The position numbers and the translations under genes are program-made. The notes beneath the pieces were generated by a model. It had not been told where the DNA came from. It did no database searches and worked only from the letters and a program-made list of their open reading frames with translations. A DNA stretch of 64,000 bases from a virus: IMG/VR virus record IMGVR_UViG_3300046167_000554, positions 64,001 to 128,000 of that record. One strand, written 5' to 3'. Of the stretch, positions 21,551 to 32,580 are shown one piece after another (position 1 is the stretch's first letter; each line of letters opens with the position of its first letter).

Positions 21551-24500
21551 ATGCCTGAAAAGACAGACTTAAATATATCACCTTATTACGATGACTACTC
21601 AGAGGATAAGAACTTTCATAAGGTTCTTTATCGTGCTGGTCGTCCTATTCAAGCAAGAGAGTTAACTCAATCTCAATCAATTTTACAAAATCAAATTGAG
21701 AGATTTGGTGACCACATGTTTGAAGAGGGTTCTATTGTTCAAGGAGCTCAAACAGATGTCGACATGGAAATGTACTATGTCAAAGTCAAGAGTGCAAATC
21801 CGAATGATAGTGGAACTGCAACATCTGAGACTTATAGAACGTCTTTCCATGGTAAACTTGTCATCGGTCAAACTTCAGGAGTAGTTGCAAAGGTATTATC
21901 ATCAAGTGCAGAAACTTCAACAGATAAGATGACCTTGTTTGTTAAGTATATGAGACAGGGAACAGATTCTGCAAACTCATTTAAATTTACTGCAAACGAA
22001 GAACTACGTGAATGTCAAGTAGATTCAGGTGGAACATATTCAGAAGTATCAAACAATAACGAATTCCAAGTAGAAACTACAGCAAATGCACCTTGTGGTA
22101 TTGGTTCAATGTCAAAAATATCAGAAGGTATTATATATCTTAGGGGTTTCTTTGTCAAGGTTGATGCACAAGAATTAATACTAGAGAAGTATTCATTCAA
22201 ACCATCATATAGAATTGGTTTGACAATTACAGAAAGTATGGTAGACTCATCTTCTGATACCTCTTTACAAGATAATTCAACAGGTACATCAAACGAAAAC
22301 GCTGCTGGTGCAGATAGACTTAAAGTTGGATTAACACTTTCTAAGTTCACCATTACAGAAACTACAGATGCAAACTTTGTAGAACTTGCAAGAGTTAATC
22401 AAGGTGTCATTGAGATGAAGGTCAATAGACCTATGTACAATGCAATTGAAAACACACTTGCAAGAAGAACATTCGATGCAAATGGTGACTTTATTGTAAC
22501 ACAATTCACTCAATCAATGAGAGAACATTTAGATAACACTATTAACAGAGGGTTCTATCCTGCTAAAAATGGTGGAGATGAAAGTCAATTTGTTATGCAA
22601 ATATCGCCAGGTAAAGCATACGTTAGAGGTTATGAGATTGATAAGATTGGAACAACAACAGTTCCATTCCCAAAAGCAAGAACAACTAAGTCACTTGCAA
22701 ACACTAAGACACCTATTAGATTAGGAAACAAATTAAAAGTTAAAAATGCACACTCATTTCCCGAGTTTGGTAATGAGTCTTCAGGACAATCACAATCACC
22801 TTTCGGTGTTGTAAAGATTTATGATGCAGTTGTAGCTTCAGTAGGAACAGAGAATGCAAGTGGACATATTGGTTTTGCAAGAGTAAGAGATATTGACCAT
22901 AAGTCAGGAACTTCATCAAGTGGAGTATTTGCAAATAGTTCTATCTTTAACATGTACATGTTCGATATTAAGATGTTCACAAAACTTACTGGAACTGCAA
23001 GTGGAACAATCAATGTTGGTGATAAAGTAACAGGAAACGAAAGTAATGCAACTGGTATAGTTGCATATAAATCTAATAATGACCTTTATCTACATGACGT
23101 AATAGGTTCATTCTTAACTTCAGGTACAGAAGATTTAACATTTGGAAACTCAACAGGTAGTTTTGCAAACATATCTGCAGTAAGAAGTTATAATATTGAT
23201 AGAGCAAGGTCTCTATTCCAAGCACCAAAAGTCGGTGGTTCTGCACAAAAATTTACTGCAGACATTAGTTTAGATGCAGACAAAGTGTTGAGTGGAACAC
23301 TTAACATGACTCTTAATAGTCCAACTGTAACAGGTTTTGGAACAAGGTTCTCTGCAGAATTAAAAGAAGGAGATATCCTAGTTGATGGTGTTGGTAATGA
23401 GAGAATTATTCAGTCGTTCAATGCAGACTTTAGTGAGATTACCTTAACAGATGGTGCAGTTGCAACATACAGTGGTAATGTAACAAGAAGACGTGCAAAA
23501 CTAGATGACCAAGACCAAACTGCAAACATATTTGCATGGCCTAGAAACTGGGTTAAGACACATGATGCAGACTTTATAAAAGTAAGAAGACAACAAACAG
23601 AAACAATTTCATCTTCAGGTGCAATACAAATATCACAAACAGATGGTGCATTTGAAGCTAGAAATGCAGACAACTTTAGTATATCAGTTGTAGATGTAAC
23701 TGGTGCAACTTCACCAACACTAGGAAATGGTGACATACTAAACATAGAAGATTATACAAGTGCATCTCCTACAGAAAATGGAGATGGTCAGAACATTTCA
23801 ATCTCAGGATTTGGAGCTGCAAACGAAGATGTTATTCTTAAAGTAACATACTCTATTTTAATTGCAGACCCCGATGCAAGAAGTAAAGACCATAGAAAAG
23901 GAAGGGTTCTAAAAGTAAGTGGAGATAGAAGTGGTTCTTACACTGGTGTGTATGGTTCTGCATTTGCAGATAAAGAAATTACACTAGGTGTTGCAGACGT
24001 ATTTAAGATACATGCTATCTATGAAGGAACAGGGGGAACAACACCTCTTTCTCCTAACGCAACATTTGCTAATACAGTAGGAACGTTTGCAAACTATGAG
24101 ACAATCGTAGGACAAACATCAGATGCACGTGCAGTCATTATAGACTTTAACGCAGGTGCAACATCATATTACTATATGATATCAGGAGTATTTACCGAAG
24201 ATGAGTCTATTGTAGGACAAACTTCAGGTGCAACAGGAACAGTAGATAGTGTATCACAAGGTTCACCAAATATCAAAAACAGATACTTCTTTGACAATGG
24301 TCAAAGAGATGGTTACTATGACTTAGGTAAAATATCACTTAAGCCTGGCGAACCAGCACCTTCAAACTCTATTATTATAGTGTTTGATTACTTTGAAGCA
24401 GGAGCAGGTGACTTCTTTGACGTTGGTTCTTATGACGAGAGTCTTTATAAAGAGATTCCAGTTTACTCACCAAACAAAGTAGACTTGGGTGGATTAGAAC

Positions 24501-27500
24501 CCGATGGAACATTTGAACTTTCAGATTGTGTTGACTTTAGACCAGTTGCTGGTATTGTTCACAATGATACTGATTTTGGAACTGCACCTATGAATGTTGC
24601 AAGTCCAACCGACTTATCAACTGCAATTCAGTTTGCACCATTCGGATATGAAACTGGAACAAGTTTCGATAGTTCTAGAACAGGTATTTCACAAACTAAT
24701 GCATCAACACCCGATACACCTATCAATGGTTCAACAGTTCAAGGTGATATCACTTTCTATGTTGGAAGAATTGATAAACTATTCTTACATCAATCAGGTA
24801 TATTCCAAATAGCAACAGGGATACCAGCTTTATCTCCAACCAAACCAAAGGTTATTGATAATGCAATTGAACTATTCGAATTACAAATACCACCTTACAC
24901 TGCAAAACTTGACAGTATAAGAGTAAGGTCACAAGACCATAGACGATATACCATGAAGGATATCGGTAAGATAAACAACAGGGTTACTAACCTTGAAAGA
25001 GTTACATCTCTTTCTTTATTAGAAAAAGATACACAAACAAAACAGATACTAGATGCAGATGGATTCGATAGATTCAAGTCAGGTTTCTTAGTTGATAACT
25101 TTAGAGGTCATAAGATTGGTGATGTAAATCATCCCGACTATAGAGTTGCTATTGACACTAAACTAGGTGTACTAAGACCACAATCTTATTCACAATTCTT
25201 TGACATGACACTGAATACTGCATCATCTCAAAACTTTACACAAACTGGTGATTTAATCACCTTACCATATAGTGAAGTTAGTTATGTTAATCAAAGTAAA
25301 GCATCAAGACATATTAATGTTAACCCATACCATGTGTTTGCATTTATTGGAACTGTAAAGTTAACACCCGAATCAGATATTTGGAATGATAGTGAAAGAT
25401 TACCTGAAGTTAAAATTAACAGAGAAGGTAACTTTGATGCAGTCATGTCAGAAAATGCTAATGCAATGGGAACAGTTTGGAACTCATGGCAAACCACATG
25501 GGCAGGAGAACCTTCAGTAGTTTCATCAGAGGTATCTGCAACTTCTAATGGTTCATGGAGTGGAGACCCATCACAAGGTGGTGAATGGGTAGCAGGACTT
25601 GAGATTACTAGAGAGATTACAGAGACACCTGAAATACAAACAAGAACAGGTGTAACTACAAGTGTTGTAGAAGATATTGTTGAAACAAGAAACGATAGAA
25701 TTGTAAGTGTTGCACTTATACCTTTCATTCGTTCAAGAACGATTGAGATTGATGCAACAAACTTGAAACCAAATTCAAACCATTACTTCTACTTCGATAA
25801 TATTGCAGTAGACAAATATGTTAGACCACATAGTGCAACATATTCACAAGACAGTGGTGTAACAACAACATCATATTGTAAAACAGATGGTAATGGTAGA
25901 CTTAGAGCATTCTTTACAATACCTAATAATGATACAGAAAGGTTCCCAACAGGACAAAGAGAGTTAAGAGTAACATCTTCTTTCTATAACCTAAGTAACC
26001 CTGCGTCTAATGGTAGTGGAATGTATCAAGCACAAGGATTATTGCAATCATCACAAACAGAGATTACTGCTACAAGAAATGGTAGAGTTATTCTTGACAG
26101 AGTTAGGGGTGAGAGAACAATTAATAGAAGAGGTGAAAGACTTGCAACATCAACATTTGATGAGAATGCACCACCAATACCAGTTGACCAAACACCACCA
26201 ATTCTTGACCCAATTGATGAGTTACCACCAGTACCACCTAGAGGGCCACAATTACCACCACCACCGCCACCGCCACCACCAATCGTGCCACCAATATTAC
26301 CACCAGTAATTGATAGACCAGTGCCGATAGAACTACCAATCATAATAGACGATAGGGGCCCTAATGTCAGAGACTTCGTGTTAGTACCTGATGGAAGGTT
26401 TGTGAGTTCAAGATTAGAAAGAGGTTGGGGTGACCCACTTGCACAATCATTCTTGGTTGAAGCAGCGGGTGGAATGATGATGTCATCAATAGACATATTC
26501 TTCCAATCAAAAGACGCTAACTTACCAGTATCAGTAGATATAAGAAACATGGTAAATGGATATCCTGGCCAGACAATATTACCATTCTCAACAGTGACTA
26601 AAAATCCTGAAGATGTTAATGTCTCAGAAGATGGTGCAACTGCAACAACATTTACATTTGACTCACCAGTTCTTCTAGAAGAAGATTGTGAATATTGTTT
26701 CGTAGTATACTCAAACTCAAATGAATATGAGTGTTTCATATCTAGAATGGGTGAAACAGACCTTGCAACAAGTCAAACAATTAGTGGACAACCATACGCA
26801 GGTTCGTTGTTTATGTCTCAGAATGCATCCACATGGACTGCAGAACAGACTGATGACCTCAAGTTTAACATGAAGATTGCTAAATTTGATACATCTAAAA
26901 CCCCTGTATTATACTTTGAAAATAATGACTTGTCAAGTGCAAAATTACAAGAGAGTCCAATAGAAACATTTAGTGGACAAACATATGTTAAGGTATACAA
27001 CTATATGCATGGTATGTACAACACTGCATCTAATGTAACACTTTCGGGTGTAACAGGAGATAAGACAGGTTGTGTTATGACTATAGGAACACCTAGTGTA
27101 ACAGGAACACCTAATAATGGAACCTTTACGGGTAAAGCATCAACAGGTGGAACAGGAACAGGATTGACATTCGATATAACTGTAGTTGACAATGCAATAA
27201 CAAGTTGTACAATTGCAACTACTGGAAGTGGATATACAGCTGCAGACTCAATCACTATTACAGATTTTGATGGTGCAACTACAGCTGATGCAACTGTAAC
27301 AGTAAGTACTGTTGAAGACACATTAGGTGGAATACCAGTTAATGCAATTAACAAAACATTTACTACAATTGCAAATATGGGTATCGACTCATTCACTGTA
27401 GTACCCGACTTGTCACCATATAACCTTAAAACAAGTTATGCATCTGATGACTCAACATTGGGTGGTGGTGCAAATGTAATGTCAACACGAAACTATTACT

Positions 27501-28252
27501 TTGATGCAATTCATACAATGATACCAAATGTTCAATTAAAGAACACTAATATCTTTGTTGCAGTTAAGACAACCCCTATGAATTCACCTGAAGGGTCAAT
27601 CAGTGGAACAGTATATTCTAGAAGAACAAGTTCAGAGTTTATAACACTGAATGATAACGTGTTCTTTGATTCACCAAGTATTATTGCATCTCCAATTAAT
27701 GAAGTAAGTGAAATGTCAAGTACTAAATCATTTGAATGTGCAGTACAATTACAATCATACAACCCTAATTTATCCCCAATTATTGATACAGGGTCTATTG
27801 GTGCAATTGCAATTGCAAACAGACTAAACAACATAGATACCAGTGCAGATGTACCTACAGGAACCACGTATGTGAGTTCTAACGAACCCGAAGGAGATAA
27901 CAATGCAATGGTGTACGTCACACGTAAGGTGAACCTTAAAACACCTGCTAGTTCAATTAGAGTAACAGCAGATGTCTTTAGACCACCTACAACAGATGTG
28001 AAGTTTATGTATAAGATTATTAAGAACGATGAAGACACACCATTAGATGATATCGGTTTCTCATACTTTAATACAGATGGTTCACCCGATATATCAACAG
28101 AAGCAGATGCAAGAAACTTTAAAGAATATGAATTCACTGCAGATGATTTGCCTGAGTTTAGTTCATTCATTATTAAAATCGTAGGACAAGGAGAAAGTAC
28201 ATCAGTAGTACCATTGGTATCTGCATTGAGATGTATTGCACTTGCAACGTAA
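21551..28252 (+). CDS. Large virion structural protein (VrlC/DUF4815-like)
   Basis: LNISPYYDDY, QARELTQSQSILQNQ, GADRLK, RRYTMKDIG, DRFKSGFLVDNF, INVNPY, DPLAQSF. Confidence 0.8.
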   Translation: MPEKTDLNISPYYDDYSEDKNFHKVLYRAGRPIQARELTQSQSILQNQIERFGDHMFEEGSIVQGAQTDVDMEMYYVKVKSANPNDSGTATSETYRTSFHGKLVIGQTSGVVAKVLSSSAETSTDKMTLFVKYMRQGTDSANSFKFTANEELRECQVDSGGTYSEVSNNNEFQVETTANAPCGIGSMSKISEGIIYLRGFFVKVDAQELILEKYSFKPSYRIGLTITESMVDSSSDTSLQDNSTGTSNENAAGADRLKVGLTLSKFTITETTDANFVELARVNQGVIEMKVNRPMYNAIENTLARRTFDANGDFIVTQFTQSMREHLDNTINRGFYPAKNGGDESQFVMQISPGKAYVRGYEIDKIGTTTVPFPKARTTKSLANTKTPIRLGNKLKVKNAHSFPEFGNESSGQSQSPFGVVKIYDAVVASVGTENASGHIGFARVRDIDHKSGTSSSGVFANSSIFNMYMFDIKMFTKLTGTASGTINVGDKVTGNESNATGIVAYKSNNDLYLHDVIGSFLTSGTEDLTFGNSTGSFANISAVRSYNIDRARSLFQAPKVGGSAQKFTADISLDADKVLSGTLNMTLNSPTVTGFGTRFSAELKEGDILVDGVGNERIIQSFNADFSEITLTDGAVATYSGNVTRRRAKLDDQDQTANIFAWPRNWVKTHDADFIKVRRQQTETISSSGAIQISQTDGAFEARNADNFSISVVDVTGATSPTLGNGDILNIEDYTSASPTENGDGQNISISGFGAANEDVILKVTYSILIADPDARSKDHRKGRVLKVSGDRSGSYTGVYGSAFADKEITLGVADVFKIHAIYEGTGGTTPLSPNATFANTVGTFANYETIVGQTSDARAVIIDFNAGATSYYYMISGVFTEDESIVGQTSGATGTVDSVSQGSPNIKNRYFFDNGQRDGYYDLGKISLKPGEPAPSNSIIIVFDYFEAGAGDFFDVGSYDESLYKEIPVYSPNKVDLGGLEPDGTFELSDCVDFRPVAGIVHNDTDFGTAPMNVASPTDLSTAIQFAPFGYETGTSFDSSRTGISQTNASTPDTPINGSTVQGDITFYVGRIDKLFLHQSGIFQIATGIPALSPTKPKVIDNAIELFELQIPPYTAKLDSIRVRSQDHRRYTMKDIGKINNRVTNLERVTSLSLLEKDTQTKQILDADGFDRFKSGFLVDNFRGHKIGDVNHPDYRVAIDTKLGVLRPQSYSQFFDMTLNTASSQNFTQTGDLITLPYSEVSYVNQSKASRHINVNPYHVFAFIGTVKLTPESDIWNDSERLPEVKINREGNFDAVMSENANAMGTVWNSWQTTWAGEPSVVSSEVSATSNGSWSGDPSQGGEWVAGLEITREITETPEIQTRTGVTTSVVEDIVETRNDRIVSVALIPFIRSRTIEIDATNLKPNSNHYFYFDNIAVDKYVRPHSATYSQDSGVTTTSYCKTDGNGRLRAFFTIPNNDTERFPTGQRELRVTSSFYNLSNPASNGSGMYQAQGLLQSSQTEITATRNGRVILDRVRGERTINRRGERLATSTFDENAPPIPVDQTPPILDPIDELPPVPPRGPQLPPPPPPPPPIVPPILPPVIDRPVPIELPIIIDDRGPNVRDFVLVPDGRFVSSRLERGWGDPLAQSFLVEAAGGMMMSSIDIFFQSKDANLPVSVDIRNMVNGYPGQTILPFSTVTKNPEDVNVSEDGATATTFTFDSPVLLEEDCEYCFVVYSNSNEYECFISRMGETDLATSQTISGQPYAGSLFMSQNASTWTAEQTDDLKFNMKIAKFDTSKTPVLYFENNDLSSAKLQESPIETFSGQTYVKVYNYMHGMYNTASNVTLSGVTGDKTGCVMTIGTPSVTGTPNNGTFTGKASTGGTGTGLTFDITVVDNAITSCTIATTGSGYTAADSITITDFDGATTADATVTVSTVEDTLGGIPVNAINKTFTTIANMGIDSFTVVPDLSPYNLKTSYASDDSTLGGGANVMSTRNYYFDAIHTMIPNVQLKNTNIFVAVKTTPMNSPEGSISGTVYSRRTSSEFITLNDNVFFDSPSIIASPINEVSEMSSTKSFECAVQLQSYNPNLSPIIDTGSIGAIAIANRLNNIDTSADVPTGTTYVSSNEPEGDNNAMVYVTRKVNLKTPASSIRVTADVFRPPTTDVKFMYKIIKNDEDTPLDDIGFSYFNTDGSPDISTEADARNFKEYEFTADDLPEFSSFIIKIVGQGESTSVVPLVSALRCIALAT

Positions 28253-28458
28253 TGGGAGTAAAGGTAGACGGACACTCAAAACTAGAACGAGATGAGAGTT
28301 CACACGCAATAGTTAATACTGATATGGAACAGTATAGACTTGCAAAGAAACGAAAAGAAGTATTTCATAATCAAAAAAATGAAATAAATACATTAAAGGA
28401 AGAAGTATCTGAAATAAAAGGACTTCTTCAGAATATTTTAGGAAAATTAAATGGCTAA
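28231..28458 (+). CDS. Small coiled-coil hypothetical (likely start 28252)
   Basis: LERDESSHAIVNTD, EINTLKEEVSEIKGLL. Confidence 0.6.
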   Translation: MYCTCNVMGVKVDGHSKLERDESSHAIVNTDMEQYRLAKKRKEVFHNQKNEINTLKEEVSEIKGLLQNILGKLNG

Positions 28459-29704
28459 GACTGTAGACACATTCAGTACTATTGAAGACTTCAGAGTCAG
28501 GTATAACGAACTTGCAACTGATGTCGGAGATAAGTCGGGACTAAGAACTCAACAAACGGGTACTATTATTGATGCTGTAAATTCTATAGAAGATAAATCA
28601 TTCTTCTTCCAAGAGTTTATTTACAATGTAACATCATCACAAACAGTATTCAATGGAGACGATGCATTTGATAATTCCTTACTTTTCAGAAGAGATAGAA
28701 TTCAAGTATTCCATATAGATGGTGGAGTAAGTAAACACTTACTAGAGGGTAATGACTACTCTATTGCATCACCTGATGGAAATCTTCATAAAGAAATTCA
28801 ATTAAACGTAGCTGCAGAAAGTGGAGATAAACTAGTTGTTTACTCATTCACTGGTTCTTACTTAGGAACTGTTTCAAGTGGAACAGGTGCAGTTGGATAC
28901 TTCTCAGAAACATCTGCAAACACAATCTATAATAACAATGATAGTGGAATAATTTTAAATGGAACTTCAGTAGGAAGAACTACAGCACTTGAATCAGGTT
29001 ATGAAATACAATTAGCAGGTGAAACATACGTAGAAGATAACGTAACACTTGCAACAAGTAAGACACTTACTGCACCTACTTTGACTACAGGTGGTGCATC
29101 TATTACAGGAACAACTGGAACAGGATTTACAAACATAACATCCACATTGTTTAGTGGTAATGTTAATGGTACAACTGCAACCTTATCGGGTACAGTTACT
29201 GGTGGTTCTTTAACAGATGGTACTTTAACTTCTACAGGTGGTACTATTACTGGTGCAGCTTCTATTACATCTACAAAATTCGTAGGTGATGTCTATAAGG
29301 ATGATGGAACCACAAAGATTTTAGAAAACTCAACGGGTGCATTGACTGGTACAGTATCTAGTTTATCAAACCATGATACCGATGACCTTTCAGAAGGTAC
29401 TGCAAAATTCTTTACTGATGCAAGAGCAAGAAGTGCAATTAGTGTTGGTGGAGATTTAACATATAATAGTAGTACAGGTGTGATTTCCTTTACTCAAACT
29501 GAAGGTGATATCACTGCAATTACTACAAATAGTAGTAGTGGTTTGTCAGGTGGAGTCACAGTAGGAGCAGCTTCTTTGTCTGTAAATACATCGAATGGTG
29601 TGAAAAAAGTAAGTAATAATGTAGTTTTAGATTATGAGACTGTAAGTTCTGCACCAAGTAGTGTTGGTTCAACTTCAACTGGTCACTTATGGTTTGTGAT
29701 ATGA
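28451..29704 (+). CDS. Fibre/appendage protein ending in GHLWFV motif
   Basis: Thr/Gly-rich; TDDLSEG..FFTDARAR repeat; C-term SAPS..TGHLWFVI. Confidence 0.65.
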   Translation: MAKTVDTFSTIEDFRVRYNELATDVGDKSGLRTQQTGTIIDAVNSIEDKSFFFQEFIYNVTSSQTVFNGDDAFDNSLLFRRDRIQVFHIDGGVSKHLLEGNDYSIASPDGNLHKEIQLNVAAESGDKLVVYSFTGSYLGTVSSGTGAVGYFSETSANTIYNNNDSGIILNGTSVGRTTALESGYEIQLAGETYVEDNVTLATSKTLTAPTLTTGGASITGTTGTGFTNITSTLFSGNVNGTTATLSGTVTGGSLTDGTLTSTGGTITGAASITSTKFVGDVYKDDGTTKILENSTGALTGTVSSLSNHDTDDLSEGTAKFFTDARARSAISVGGDLTYNSSTGVISFTQTEGDITAITTNSSSGLSGGVTVGAASLSVNTSNGVKKVSNNVVLDYETVSSAPSSVGSTSTGHLWFVI

Positions 29705-29705
29705 T

Positions 29706-31013
29706 ATGTCAGACGAAATATATTTAAATACTGGTACAACGATACAACAGCCCTATCAAGCGCAAGGGCCTGCTAACGCACAACAACCCGTTATTGCACA
29801 ACAGGTTAGAAACTATACTGCTAATGCAAGACAACCTAGTGAGTATCAGACTCGTACACCATTTACATATAGAAATCCAAGTAATGCACGTCAACCTAGT
29901 ATAAGGAATACACAAAGTCCCTTTACATATGCAAGACAAGGTCAATCACCATTTACGTATAACTTTAGGTCACCTAGTACATATACAAGACAGGGTCAAA
30001 CACCATTTACATACAGTCATAGACAACCTATAACATATGCAAGACAGGGTCAAACACCATTTACGTATGATTATCAGTCACCTTCAACATATAGAACCCC
30101 TGTAAATCAACAAGAACCTAATATAAGGAGTAAACAATCTCCTTTTACATATGGTCATCCAGCAGCTGCCCAATCACCTTTTACATATAACTATAGAAGT
30201 CCGTTTACGTATCAAAGAACTGGTCAGTCACCATTTACATATCAAGCAACTGGGACAACACCAGTGATATACAGTTACCAACAACCTTTTCCGTATATTG
30301 CAAATGGACAGCAACCAAACATAAGGAATGCACAACAACCATATCCATATAGTACTACACAAGCATCTTCCCATCAGCAACCAAATTTAGCAAGTGGAAG
30401 ACAACCTTACATATATGCAGCGTACACTTATCACAATACTGGTTCTACAGGAACTACTGCCCCAGTATATCAAATAGATGTTAGTTCACAAGACCAAAAT
30501 GATGCGAATGCTTATATTTGGGTTAAAACTGTAGGAAGTAATTTAGAAGTATATGTATCTGCAAACTTCGACAATTATGCTGACTTTACATCAACAAGTG
30601 GTGGCAGTGGGACTATAAGTACTAACACTAATTATAAAGTTGCAACATTGGTAGATGGAGCTGGGTATAAAGTAAGATATACAGCAGGTAGTTACTATAA
30701 TATAACACAAGAGGGTGGTGAACCTACAGTAATAGGATTAGTACTAGCAAGTAATGTTCCAAACTCAACCAGTACAACTGGTGGTGTTACTATAGGAACA
30801 AACTCACTTTGGGGGTCAGGTAGTGTTCATTATGTACGTTCTAGAGTTCGTGCTTTGCCAGATGAAGGATTTGAAGGAATCGGAAGTGCTGGTGCGTCTG
30901 TAGATATAAATCTATTCTTTGATAAAACAGGAGCTACAACTATCTCATACCCAATTTCAATGATGTGTGAAACAGATTTCCCTGAAGAGGAAGAAGAGGA
31001 AGAAGGAGTATAA
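29706..31013 (+). CDS. Pro-delimited repeat protein A plus ~190 aa C-terminal beta domain
   Basis: Units FTYARQGQSP, FTYNFRSP, NIRNAQQP; acidic tail. Confidence 0.75.
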   Translation: MSDEIYLNTGTTIQQPYQAQGPANAQQPVIAQQVRNYTANARQPSEYQTRTPFTYRNPSNARQPSIRNTQSPFTYARQGQSPFTYNFRSPSTYTRQGQTPFTYSHRQPITYARQGQTPFTYDYQSPSTYRTPVNQQEPNIRSKQSPFTYGHPAAAQSPFTYNYRSPFTYQRTGQSPFTYQATGTTPVIYSYQQPFPYIANGQQPNIRNAQQPYPYSTTQASSHQQPNLASGRQPYIYAAYTYHNTGSTGTTAPVYQIDVSSQDQNDANAYIWVKTVGSNLEVYVSANFDNYADFTSTSGGSGTISTNTNYKVATLVDGAGYKVRYTAGSYYNITQEGGEPTVIGLVLASNVPNSTSTTGGVTIGTNSLWGSGSVHYVRSRVRALPDEGFEGIGSAGASVDINLFFDKTGATTISYPISMMCETDFPEEEEEEEGV

Positions 31014-31016
31014 ACC

Positions 31017-31838
31017 ATGCCTACAGGACAACAGCCATATATATACCAACACCAAATCGTGTTCCAACAGGTAACTATTACTGAGCTTCAAGGACAGTCT
31101 CCTTTTACTTATCAACATCAGTCTCCTTTTACTTATCAAAATTCAGGAAGAAATCCTATTGCTAATGTATCTGCACAACAACCTTTTCCGTATATTGCAA
31201 ATGGACAGCAACCTTATCCATATATTGCAAATGGACAAGAACCAAACATAAGGAATGCACAACAACAGTTCTTTTATCAAGACCAAAGGAATGCAAGACA
31301 ACCTATTATCTATCAACATAGGTCTCCACTTACATATAGAAATCCTGTTAATGCACAAAATCCTATAAGTGGAGTTAATGCACAACAACCTTACCCTTAC
31401 ATTGCAAATGGTCAAAGTCCATATATTGCAGATGCACAACAACCATATCCGTATACTGCAAATGCACAAAATCCAAGTATCGAATCTGCACAACAACCTT
31501 ATCCATATATTGCAAATGCAAGAAACCCTAGTACATATCAACATAGGTCTCCACTTACGTATAGGAATCCTGTATCGGGTCAACAACCTCATATTGTAAA
31601 TAAACAATCACCATTTTTCTATACAGGTTCTTACCAAGTAGCGTATGCATATAGAAGTCCATTCATTGCACAAGTGCAACAACCCTCAACTAGACCTGTA
31701 GGCCCAGTTGCAAAAGTAAAAGGAATATACCGAAATAATAACGGAACTGTAGAGAAAGTAAACCAAGTATATGTAAATGATGGTGGTTCTTTAGAAAAAA
31801 TTCATCAATCTGTACCTACTGCTCAGTTTCAGAAATAA
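31017..31838 (+). CDS. Pro-delimited repeat protein B (antiparallel complement of A)
   Basis: Units YPYIANGQEP, STYQHRSP; C-term KVKGIY..VEKVNQVYV. Confidence 0.75.
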   Translation: MPTGQQPYIYQHQIVFQQVTITELQGQSPFTYQHQSPFTYQNSGRNPIANVSAQQPFPYIANGQQPYPYIANGQEPNIRNAQQQFFYQDQRNARQPIIYQHRSPLTYRNPVNAQNPISGVNAQQPYPYIANGQSPYIADAQQPYPYTANAQNPSIESAQQPYPYIANARNPSTYQHRSPLTYRNPVSGQQPHIVNKQSPFFYTGSYQVAYAYRSPFIAQVQQPSTRPVGPVAKVKGIYRNNNGTVEKVNQVYVNDGGSLEKIHQSVPTAQFQK

Positions 31839-31843
31839 TTCTG

Positions 31844-31851
31844 TATAAATA
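31844..31851 (+). promoter_or_regulatory. Late promoter TATAAATA
   Basis: Intergenic consensus. Confidence 0.7.
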
Positions 31852-31856
31852 GTTAT

Positions 31857-32189
31857 ATGGCTATACTTGCAAACTTATTCATCGACCAAGGCACCGACTT
31901 TTCTATTACTGTAGATGTAACAGATAGTAATGGTGAAATTTTAAATATGTCAGGATATTCTTCTGCTGGTCAAATTAGAAAGACTTATGAGTCTTCAACA
32001 GTAAGTGCAACATTCACCACTTCTATATCTGCAGCTGCTGGTCAAGTTACCTTATCTTTAAATGATACAGTAACATCAGCATTAGGTGCTGGAAGATATG
32101 TTTATGACCTAAACGTCACATCAAGTGGTGGAGTTACAACAAGAGTAGTTGAAGGACAAGCAATTGTAACGCCAGGTGTAACGAGGTAA
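31857..32189 (+). CDS. Small virion adaptor protein (BppU-N-like)
   Basis: NLFIDQGTDF, GQIRKTY, GRYVYDL, RVVEG..VTPGVT. Confidence 0.65.
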   Translation: MAILANLFIDQGTDFSITVDVTDSNGEILNMSGYSSAGQIRKTYESSTVSATFTTSISAAAGQVTLSLNDTVTSALGAGRYVYDLNVTSSGGVTTRVVEGQAIVTPGVTR

Positions 32190-32192
32190 ATC

Positions 32193-32432
32193 ATGGCAAT
32201 AAAAGGAACATTAAGTAGAGTAGCAACCATAGGTGGTAGAGTCGCAGGTGCAACCAATGTCCGTGCAAAACAAGTAGCAATCGGAACTGGTGCTGGTGCA
32301 GACCTTTCTGCAAAATCAATCAACGACCTTGCAGACGTAACTGCATCTGAAACAGATGACGGACTCTTATCATATGATGCAACATCAGATAAATGGACTA
32401 CGACTACAGTTTTAGATGGTGGAACATTCTAA
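32193..32432 (+). CDS. Small fibre linker protein
   Basis: INDLADV..DGLLSYD...KW; ends LDGGTF. Confidence 0.6.
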   Translation: MAIKGTLSRVATIGGRVAGATNVRAKQVAIGTGAGADLSAKSINDLADVTASETDDGLLSYDATSDKWTTTTVLDGGTF

Positions 32433-32580
32433 AACACTAAATAACTATACAAATCAAGGATACCAACCAGTGAAGGTATCGACCCTCATAGTGAGAGGAT
32501 AGAATTTTATATATTATGTAATCACGACCTCGACAGTGACAGGTCATTTAAAATAACTCAATTTTTATAGGAAAATAAAA

